From: Octopus sinensis
Lineage: Eukaryota
Reading direction: 5' to 3'
Assembly (NCBI RefSeq): GCF_006345805.1
Contig: NW_021823896.1
Coordinates: 1-20,797, forward strand
DNA: 20,797 nucleotides
This document shows positions 1-8,683 of this stretch, piece after piece. A program made the translations under genes and the position numbers. Positions within the stretch are counted from its first letter, which is position 1. Every line of letters begins with the position of its first letter. Under the pieces are notes generated by a model. The model did not search any database. It was not told the origin of the DNA and worked only from the letters and a program-made list of their open reading frames with translations.

Positions 1-165
1 TTCATTTCCATACATGCATATATACACTTATATAAAACATATTTATGTACACAGATATATACATGCATACATATACACCCCACCCCCCGCACAAACGCAC
101 ACCCACACACGTACACTCTCACACACACTCCTCCCTCCCTCCCTCCCCCCCCTCTCTCATCTTTC
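1..165. repeat. Compound low-complexity tract (TA/CA/CCCT/CT)
   Basis: Degenerate (CATA)n, (CA)n and (CCCT)n runs are directly visible. Confidence 0.85.
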
Positions 166-460
166 ATTCTTACCTATTCTCTCTCAGACGTTTGTTTTTT
201 CGTAATGGTTTCTTTTTCTTCCGTTTATCTTCATTTTAACAGCATTTTTAATGACAGATTGTTGTTTCCATTCCAATTTTCTTTTCGTCTTACCCATAAC
301 AATAACCGAAAAGTTCAAGGAATCGGTAAACTAAGCCGATACCTCATAATTTAATTTCTTTTTTTTCTTCCTTTTCTTTTTTTTTCTTCTAATAAACAAC
401 ATTCCTGCCATCAAGGTAAGCATAAAATCTTCATTCCCCTACTCTCCCTCCCTCCCATCG

Positions 461-571
461 CTCTGCCACCCAACCCCTCTGCCACCCAACCACTCTGCCA
501 CCCAACCCCTCTGCCACCCAACCCCACTGCCACCCAGCCCCTCTGCCACCCAACCTCTCTGCAACCCACCT
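461..571. repeat. 16-bp minisatellite, 7 copies (CTCTGCCACCCAACCC)
   Basis: Units start at 461, 477, 493, 509, 525, 541 and 557. The first six differ from consensus at 0-2 positions; the last is more degenerate. Confidence 0.95.
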
Positions 572-777
572 CTCTTCCTTTCCACCTCCTCCGCCTCTTC
601 CTCCTCTCCCCCTTCTTCTCCCTTCACTGCCGTATTTTTCTATTAATTATCAGGAAATTCCTCAGGTTTTCTCTATTGAAGCTCGAAAAGCCGATTAGAT
701 AATGTCTATCTTCACTGCGAAATGAAAATGCACGAATCTGTATGAATCTGTCTGTTTATGTATGTCTGATATATACG

Positions 778-812
<35 letters not shown>

Positions 813-868
813 GTGTGTACGTGTGTGTGTTCTCGTGTGTGGTACATGTATAATGTATCCGAGCGAGA

Positions 869-1448
869 GGGGCGGCGAGCTGGCAGAAACGTTAGCACGC
901 CGGGCGAAATACATAGCTGTATTTCGTCTGCCGTTACGTTCTGAGTTCAAATTCCGCCGAGGTCGACTTCGCCTTTCATCCTTTCGGGGTCGATTAAATA
1001 AGTACCAGTTACGCACTGCAGTCAATATAATCGACTTAATCCGTTTGTCTGTCCTCTCTGTGTTTATCCCCTTGTGGGTAGTAAAGAAATAGGTATTTCG
1101 TTCGCCGCTACGTTCTGAGTTCAAATTCTGCAAAGGTTGACTTCGCCTTTCATCCTTTCGTGGTCGATTAAATAAGTACCAGTTACGCACTGGAGTCGAT
1201 ATAATCGACTTAATCCGTTTGTTTGTCCTTGTTTGTCCTCTCAGTGTTTAGCCCCTTGTGGGTAGTAAAGAAATAGAAATAGGTATTTAGTCTGTCTTTA
1301 CGTTCTGAGTTAAAATTCCGTCGAGTTCGGCTTTACCTTTCATCCTTTCGGGGTCGATAAATTAAGTACTGGTTGCGTGCTGGGGTCGATCCAATAAACT
1401 GCTCCCCCCTCCCCCAAAATTTCGGGCTTTGTGCCTAGAGTAGAAAAG
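869..1448 (+). mobile_element. tRNA-derived SINE family A, trimeric form (head + unit X + unit X + terminal unit Y)
   Basis: A-box-like TGGCAGAAACG and B-box GAGTTCAAATTCC. Body units start at 919, 1093 and 1283. Flanked by a 17-bp TSD, aatgtatccgagc(g/t)aga, at 852-868 and 1449-1465. Homologous copies occur at 8452, 10880, 11109 and 13591. Confidence 0.92.
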
Positions 1449-1514
1449 AATGTATCCGAGCTAGAAAGAGGAAGAGTATTTAGGAATTGCTGAAATGAAA
1501 TTTATCTTTTTCAA

Positions 1515-2390
1515 TTGTTAACTTCCCAGTTAACTAATGAAGTCACATTAAGGGGAAAATACATGGGGTAAACATTATTTGTGACGAGAACTTCAGTTGG
1601 AGTATGAGCAGAAGAATTGTCAAAGAATAACAAAATCTTACAAACTGGCATCCAGTCCGGTTTCCCCGCAGTGAGTACGAGCTCCTGGCACAAAATATGT
1701 GTAAAACCAATCAGGACAAAAATATCCCCGGTGATTCATTCCTTTTTGTTAGCATAATAAAGGACTGATAAGGTACTTAAAACAGCGAGGGCGCCAGCTT
1801 TTGGCCACCACAGCAAGATTACACTGATGCGTGCCAACAGCATTAACACATTCTACTAAAGATAATCTGTCAATAGCAGGCTTAACACCTATAGAAGCTC
1901 TCTCTTCACTGAACTCATCAATGAATTTCTCACCTGTTTCGTGATCAACAGATGCTTTATCACCACAAATCTTCAAATATTTATTTTCTTAAAGTTCTGC
2001 AACCAGCCTGCTGAATATTCACAGCTACCTTCAATTTTCGTCTCGCCATGATAACATTTTCCTCTTGTTTTATGATCAGCATTCCATTAAGCGACATGCG
2101 TTCACCCCGAAACTGAGCACCAGAATCCGATCGAGATCTTAATTTTTCGCCCTATCTAGTCATGTTTTTCTGCTTCTCACTAACTTTTATTCACCAACTT
2201 TCTGTTTCTTCGGGGTTACATTGTCGTTGTTCTGACACAAAACTCTTTCCAACATCTTAACTTTCTGTGTTATAAGCATAAATGTCTTCCATCTTCTTTT
2301 CCATATTACCCATGCGAGTATCTCCAAACCTTTCCGACTTTTTCAAAAATATCTTCATACCACAGGCGGCAACCACAATGAGTAACGGGT
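1515..2390 (-). mobile_element. Degenerate pogo/Tigger-family DNA transposon (transposase pseudogene fragment)
   Basis: Minus-strand translations give the CENP-B-type HTH motif EYSAGWLQNFKK (~1985-2020), KICGDKASVDHETGEKFIDEF and RLSLVECVNAVGTH. A DDE-domain segment KILLFFDNSSAH...MYFPLNVTSLV matches DNAxxH...FLPPNTTS. The sequence is frameshifted and the first-aspartate NxDET segment is deleted. Boundaries are approximate. Confidence 0.88.
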
Positions 2391-2552
2391 GAAGGTGTTT
2401 CTGAGGCCTCTGATAACACTAAACTGCCACCAAGTGGCCAAATCACATGAGTATGGGGAACGCCACCTAGAGTAAGTGAGGCCACGTGTTATGACATGTG
2501 ATCTCACCCACGCTTGGAGCGTTCACAGCAGGTGTACTTGGTGAAATACTTT

Positions 2553-2571
2553 ACACGCGCGCACACACACA

Positions 2572-2604
<33 letters not shown>

Positions 2605-2669
2605 TCATATATATATGCATACATATATATATTCATACATATACATACGCATATATGTATACATATATA

Positions 2670-2702
<33 letters not shown>

Positions 2703-2765
2703 TGTATATATATCATACGTGTGTGTATGCGTATATTATATATATATATTATATATATATATATT

Positions 2766-2814
<49 letters not shown>

Positions 2815-2944
2815 AGATGATTAGATATAGATATATATACATATATATATATAAATATATATATATATACAAACATATGTGTATACATACGAATATATAT
2901 ATATACATACATATATAGATACACACGCGCGCACACACACACAT
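2553..2944. repeat. Compound microsatellite block (CA, TA, CATA, GATA)
   Basis: Directly visible; bounded by an identical 22-mer at 2553-2574 and 2923-2944. Confidence 0.9.
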
Positions 2945-3082
2945 TGATAATGTAGTCCTACATTTGTCTTATAGGATGCTCATAGGTGCAATACTCCTCA
3001 GGTACGTTGACCCCGGAACTAAATAACAGCCTCCATGCCGTCCCTTTACTTGTTAGAAATAACAGCTACATCCCTCAAACCA

Positions 3083-3696
3083 GATTATGAGGCGTTTCGG
3101 CACTGCTGTTTTGACCCTGCCAATTTGGCGTGGTTGATTCGACGCTGACTTATTTGACATCGGACGTTTTTCCCCGGCACATTTTGGCATTGTGAAAGTT
3201 TTGTTTTTATTCTAGTTAACAACAAATTTGTAAACATGACTTCTAAACTGTTAAATTTCGTTTAGCTTTCTGCTTGACTTTATACGTATAAAGCTTCGTG
3301 AAATAATGACAAAACGAGGAAAAGAAATATTTTTCTCGCAATGAATTTCAGTACATCATTAACGAAGTAAACAGAGTGGGCGAGAATTAAAATTTTGACG
3401 CTGCCAGCAGAAAAATTGGTGAGAAAGAAACATTGAACTGCACTAAATGACCCCGATTGGTACAAACGTCTGTGTGTGTGTGTTTGTGTGTGTATGTGTA
3501 TGTTTGCGTGTGTGTACGTGTATGTGTGTGTGCGTGTGTATGTGTGTATTTCTGTGTGCGTGTGTGTCAGTACTGCCTCCCGTCCCAAAAAGTACTGTCT
3601 CCAAAATAAAGAGGAAAAAAACGTCACCAAAATAGGTCCAGGCACCTATGAGAAATGGCCAGCGCCAAAGCAGCTACGCCCACTCGTCTCATTCCA
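3083..3696. mobile_element. Old non-autonomous DNA transposon (MITE), MULE/MuDR-like
   Basis: The termini are inverted repeats: tgaggcgtttcggcac... at 3088-3126 matches the reverse complement of 3653-3691 at 27/39 positions, ungapped. The left arm has 14-15-bp subterminal repeats (ttYgRc...). Flanking 9-bp direct repeats are ctcaaacca (3074-3082) and ctaaaatca (3697-3705). Confidence 0.7.
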
Positions 3697-3869
3697 CTAA
3701 AATCACATCCTACCATCTTCACAAAGAAAAGGCGCCCCTGGATAATTCAAGCCTAATAATCCCTTAACAGTTTAACACTGGTCCCTTATAATTCCAATTA
3801 GAGATTGAAACCTTCACCGTTATATTATGTTACTACTTGCCAACACCTTTACCCACAAGGCCAACAAAG

Positions 3870-4155
3870 ATAAAGGGTAAGGATATTCGGCACAGGATCG
3901 TGCGTTCGATTCCCGGTAGCGCATTGTGTCTTTGAGCAAGGCACTTTATTTCACGTTGCTCCAGTCCATTCAGGAGGCAATAATGAGTAGTACCTGTAAT
4001 TCAAAGGGGTCAGCCTTGTTACATTCTTTGTCATGAGAACTACGTTAAGGTTACGCCTGTCTGCGGAGTACTCAACCACTTGCACGTCAATTTCACGATC
4101 ACGTTCTGTTCATCGGACCGACTAGAACACTCGTCTTCACCGACGGAGTGCCAGC
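3870..4155 (+). mobile_element. tRNA-derived SINE family C, diverged copy
   Basis: B-box GTTCGATTCCC (~3905) and central GTGTCTTTGAGCAAGGCACTTTA (CORE/V-domain-like). The 3' end CCGACGGAGTGCCA is shared with the copy at 14372. Confidence 0.85.
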
Positions 4156-4354
4156 ATCCTTTAAAAAAGCAGGTGGTGAGTCATGCTTGGAGAGCCTTCG
4201 AGAATGTTTCCATTCATCAGGGTTGTCCTCGGGCTAATCAACAACAACAACAGCAACAACAACATTGTTGTCTCTTAATGAAAAACGTTGCAACACGTGA
4301 AGAATTATTCCACTAGGTACCAAGTTCAATATCAACCTAAAACTAATTGCTTAC

Positions 4355-4399
4355 CTTTGATTTCATCCCATTGCTATCCAAAAGATCGTTTATAGACAT
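4355..4399 (-). CDS. Candidate first coding exon of an unidentified minus-strand gene (MSINDLLDSNGMKSK, phase-0 donor)
   Basis: ATG at 4399-4397 is followed by 15 open codons, then a consensus donor AAG|GTAAGC. It lies in unique sequence downstream of the putative promoter at ~6250-6340. No homolog recognised. Confidence 0.3.
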
Positions 4400-4674
4400 T
4401 AGCCACGCGCCACTAGGTGTGGAGGTCGTTGGGCGGGTAGGTGAGTGGTTCGTTGGGTGACTGGTCGGTAAAAGTTGCCAAAATTGCCAAAATACCAAAA
4501 AGAAAAGGGAAAAGAAAAAGATAAAAATGCCAAACTCGAAGACAAAAATTCATAGTAAAAAATTGAAAGGAAACAGAAAATTTAAAATAAAGCAAAAAAA
4601 AAAGAAACAAAATATAAAGCTTCTTCCAATCGTCGTCTCTTCGCCAAATTGTTTCAAATGCAGCATGCAAAACA

Positions 4675-4675
4675 A

Positions 4676-4717
<42 letters not shown>

Positions 4718-4748
4718 GATGATGATGATGATGATGATGATGATGATA
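4675..4748. repeat. (TAA)n(TGA)n trinucleotide repeat
   Basis: Directly visible. Confidence 0.95.
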
Positions 4749-4877
4749 AATGGATAAATAAATAAAGATCTTGAGAATGTTTATCTCATCTCATAGCCAT
4801 GTAAAATTCCTTTGCGTTTATCACACCCGACCACGGTTTACAAACTCTGAAGCTAAGTGCAAATCTGCTGCGTCAGC

Positions 4878-4950
4878 AATTATCATTATAATTATTATTA
4901 TTATTATTATTATCATCATTATTATTATTATTATTATTATATTGTTGTTA

Positions 4951-4987
<37 letters not shown>

Positions 4988-5023
4988 CATTATAATATTA
5001 TTATTATTATTATTATTATTATC

Positions 5024-5056
<33 letters not shown>

Positions 5057-5117
5057 CATTATTATTATTATTACTATTATCATTATAATTATTATTATTA
5101 TCATTATCATTATTATT

Positions 5118-5167
<50 letters not shown>

Positions 5168-5174
5168 TATCATA

Positions 5175-5259
<85 letters not shown>

Positions 5260-5286
5260 GATCGTTATTTTTAATCATTATTATCA

Positions 5287-5353
<67 letters not shown>

Positions 5354-5355
5354 TA

Positions 5356-5443
<88 letters not shown>

Positions 5444-5447
5444 TACT

Positions 5448-5493
<46 letters not shown>

Positions 5494-5497
5494 TACT

Positions 5498-5581
<84 letters not shown>

Positions 5582-5640
5582 GTCGTTATTTTTATCATTA
5601 TTATCATCATTATTATTATTATTATTATTATTGTTGTATG

Positions 5641-5679
<39 letters not shown>

Positions 5680-5808
5680 TATTATCATCATTATTATTAT
5701 CATAGTATTATTTTATTTTATTATTATTATATTATTATTATTTCATCATTATTATTATCATTATTATTACTATTATTATTATTATTACTATTATTATTAT
5801 TATTATTA

Positions 5809-5845
<37 letters not shown>

Positions 5846-5850
5846 TATTA
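4878..5850. repeat. ~970-bp (ATT)n microsatellite with recurrent ACT/ATC variant cassettes
   Basis: Directly visible; source of the poly-I/Y/L/N ORFs. Confidence 0.97.
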
Positions 5851-6243
5851 TTGCTGTTGATGTTGCTGTTGTTATTTGGTGGAGATATTGGGGTTTTGGT
5901 TATTTAGTTCGGGGGTTAATTTTGTTTGTTTTATTATTATTATTCCTGTTCTTTGTTTTTGGTTGTTTTTTTTTTAGGGATGACGCTTTTTAAGTTAAAC
6001 TTTTCTGCGTTTCAATTTTTTAATTTTTTTTTTAATACATTTTACTGCAACCTGTTTTAATTTCTCCCATGCAAAGCTCGCTGAAGTATCCCTCGGGCAA
6101 AAACAAATAAGTAAATAAAAATAAATAAATAAATAAATAGGTTTTGGTGGGTGCAGTAGGGCTTGGGGGTGTGAGGGGCGGAAAAGGTGGGGGATTCGGT
6201 TAGAGAGAAGTAATTAATAGAGAGAAACGAACGACACAAAAAC

Positions 6244-6345
6244 CACGCGAGATGATTGCGAGATTTCGCGCGGTTTGAAACGGATTGGGGGCGCGCGTTC
6301 GTGTACGCCTCATCGCCTCTGCGCCTGCGCCTGCACGTGCGTGTG
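6244..6345. promoter_or_regulatory. Putative CpG-rich Pol II promoter with E2F, CHR, CCAAT, NRF1 and E-box motifs
   Basis: TTTCGCGC 6264-6271, TTTGAA 6274-6279, ATTGG (reverse CCAAT) 6284-6288, TGCGCCTGCGC 6320-6330, CACGTG 6334-6339 and CGCGAGA-like sites 6246-6263. CpG density is much higher than in the flanks. Confidence 0.6.
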
Positions 6346-6354
6346 AGCGTGCGG

Positions 6355-6625
6355 GTGGCTTCAGGTTTCATCTCACTGTGGCATCGGATTGACCCAGTCG
6401 AAAGCCTCGGCCCATCCTCAGCCTTTTGAGTGGATTTGCTAGGCGGAAACTGAAAGAATCCTGTCGTGTGTGTGTGTGTGTGTGTTTGTCAGTGCGTGTG
6501 TGCGTGTTTATGCGTTTGTATATGTGTTTCTCTCCACCACATCTTGACAACCGGTGTTGGCGTGTTAATATCCACATAACTTAGCGGTTCGACAAAATAA
6601 GGCATCGATAAAATAAGTACCAGGT
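6355..6625 (+). mobile_element. SINE family B, diverged variant copy (partial)
   Basis: GAGTGGATTTG...GGAAACTGAAAGAA, an internal (TG)n and AACTTAGCGGTTCG...AATAAGTAC match the reverse complement of the copy at 11395-11800. Confidence 0.8.
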
Positions 6626-6752
6626 GGTGGTGTGTGTGTGTGTGTGAAAGAGAGAGAGAGAGAGGGGGGAAGTTGGAGTAAAGAAACACATCGTAACTCA
6701 TACGATGATGATTACCAATAATCATCAACAGCAGAATCTGTAACCTACAACT

Positions 6753-6771
6753 ATTGCTGCTGCTGCTGCTG

Positions 6772-6827
<56 letters not shown>

Positions 6828-6905
6828 GCTGCTGCTGCTGAGGCTGTTGCAACTACCACTACTACTACTGCTGTTGCTGCTACTACTACTGCTGCTACTA
6901 TAATA
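6753..6905. repeat. Compound (GCT)n/(ACT)n trinucleotide repeat
   Basis: Directly visible. Confidence 0.95.
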
Positions 6906-7164
6906 CTACCGGGCGTGTCAATATAGCTGGCAGTCAAGAAACGAAACACTCACGTAGAAAATACGAACACCATCATTAGAAAGAAGAAAAGAAACAAAGG
7001 AAAAAAGCAAGAAAAAGCGACAAAAATCACGAACAACAATCTTGCAGCCACTCAGAGAAAGCGTGATTTGTTCAGCGAAGCGTGTCTTCGCAGCTACAAG
7101 TGTGTATTGTCTAATGAAGGCTCTGCGTTAATTAATTGAGTTAGACAACCTAATGATGCAATAC

Positions 7165-7560
7165 ATGGGCGTAAGCCTGGCTCTGTCGGTAAGGATTTCG
7201 CCCGACACAACTCTGTGCTTTCAGGTTTGATCTCACTGCGGCATCGGATTGACCCGGTTGAAAGCCCCGGGCCAACCATGGCCTGGGGAGTGGATTTAGT
7301 TGGTAGAAACTGGAAGAATCTTGTTGTGTGTGTGTGTGTGTGCTTGTGTCTATCTTTCTGTCTGTCCGTACGAGTGCGTGTTCACGTGTGTTCGTGTCTG
7401 TGTCTGTCTCCACCACATCTTGACAGCATAACCTAGCAGTTCGGCAAAAGACATCGATAGAATAAGTACAAGGCTTTCGAAAAAAAAGGGCAGCGGTAGA
7501 TTCATTCTAGGTGGTGCTTCAGCTTGGCCGCAGTGTAAAGATCGAAACAGATAAAAGAGA
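7165..7560 (+). mobile_element. SINE family B, diverged variant copy (near full length)
   Basis: Head GGCGTAAGCCTGGCTCTGTCGGTAAG, family-B body and tail GGTGCTTCAGCTTGGCCGCAG...GAAACAGATAAAAGAG. Confidence 0.82.
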
Positions 7561-7604
7561 GCTGTTGATATGTTTGCGTCCTCGTAATTAGCAAATGATA
7601 TCGA

Positions 7605-7735
7605 AAAATATAAGTGCTGGATTTTAAAAAAAATAAGCACCAGGCTTTTAAAAATGTATAAGGGTCAATGTGTTCGACCAAAGTTGTTCAAGATGGTACC
7701 TCAACATGGCCGCAGTCTAATAACTGAAACAAGTT
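7605..7735 (+). mobile_element. SINE family B, 3' fragment
   Basis: AATAAGCACCAGGCTT...GGTACCTCAACATGGCCGCAGTCTAATAACTGAAACAAGT matches the family-B tail. Confidence 0.7.
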
Positions 7736-7771
7736 ATATGTATACATACATACGTACATGCATATATATAT

Positions 7772-7836
<65 letters not shown>

Positions 7837-7848
7837 CATATATATATA

Positions 7849-7965
7849 TTGGCCTGCTCGCGTAGCCAGCGGGGTGGCGTCATTTGAAGGCTAAAACAAT
7901 GGGAACGCATTGTGACCAGCGATGTGTAACTACATCTGATAGCCTGGTCGGTCACGGTGATCACG

Positions 7966-7970
<5 letters not shown>
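7849..7970 (+). mobile_element. Probable 5'-truncated retroposon 3' end embedded in (TA)n
   Basis: A ~120-bp GC-richer island between two (TA)n tracts, ending in the tandem tail (CACGGTGAT)x2. Confidence 0.5.
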
Positions 7971-8015
<45 letters not shown>

Positions 8016-8022
8016 TACATAC

Positions 8023-8075
<53 letters not shown>

Positions 8076-8079
<4 letters not shown>

Positions 8080-8214
8080 GTTCAAAAAGTTTCTCTTGCA
8101 GTAGGTATTTTATTGCAAAATAAATATTTATATGATGGTGTAAGACTTGAAAAGAAAATATTAGACTTTACAAAATTTTAAAAATTCACTGCGGGGAGAC
8201 TTTTGAACACCCTG
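8076..8214. mobile_element. 139-bp MITE with Tc1/mariner-type TIRs
   Basis: The left end CAGTGTTCAAAAAGTTTCTCTTGCAGT (8076-8102) matches the reverse complement of the right end, CAGGGTGTTCAAAAGTCTCCCCGCAGT (8188-8214). The interior is AT-rich. Confidence 0.8.
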
Positions 8215-8227
8215 TGTGTGTGTGTGT

Positions 8228-8280
<53 letters not shown>

Positions 8281-8451
8281 CACATTATATAATTATAAAC
8301 AGGGCAAATTTTAGCCATTTCTCCGCAGACTGAAAAAATGACGAACAACCTTAATCGATTTTCGAACCTTATTAGTTTCTCTACAGCATTCGGACATATA
8401 TATCATATCATGTTGCCTGGCCTTTTAGCTGACAGTATATTTACGCAGACG

Positions 8452-8683
8452 AGGCGGCGAGCTGGCAGAAACGTTAGCGCGCCGGGCGAAATGCTTAGCC
8501 GTATTTCGTCTGCCGCTACGTTCTGAGTTCAAATTCCGCCGAGGTCGATTTTGCCTTTCATCCTTTCGGGGTCGATTAAATAAGTACCAGTTACGCACTG
8601 GGGTCGATATAATCGACTTAATCCGTTTGTCTGTCCTTGTTTGTCCTCTCTGTGTTTAGCCCCTTGTGGGTAGTAAAGAAATA
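8452..8683 (+). mobile_element. SINE family A, monomer with tail X
   Basis: Head plus one X unit ending GTGGGTAGTAAAGAAATA. 18-bp TSD agtatattt(a/c)cgcagacg at 8434-8451 and 8684-8701. Confidence 0.93.

Noticed and set aside
461-571. CRISPR-like array (also 15804-15856)
   Set aside because: Head-to-tail repeats without spacers, eukaryotic context and no cas genes.
280-730. Isolated splice-like signals (plus donor ~416, minus donor ~293, minus acceptor ~715)
   Set aside because: Conflicting orientations and no coherent open exon.
742-1190. ORFs with repeated peptide RNWYLFNRPRKDERRS
   Set aside because: Incidental translation of tandem SINE units; the frame is not preserved in other copies.
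919-1282. Hammerhead ribozyme (retrozyme) in the tandem units
   Set aside because: I found no CUGANGA...GAAA core in correct arrangement on either strand by eye. Other ribozyme folds are not excluded without an Infernal search.
4771-5907. Long ORFs rich in I/Y/L/N (up to 200 aa)
   Set aside because: Translations of the (ATT)n microsatellite with no protein complexity.
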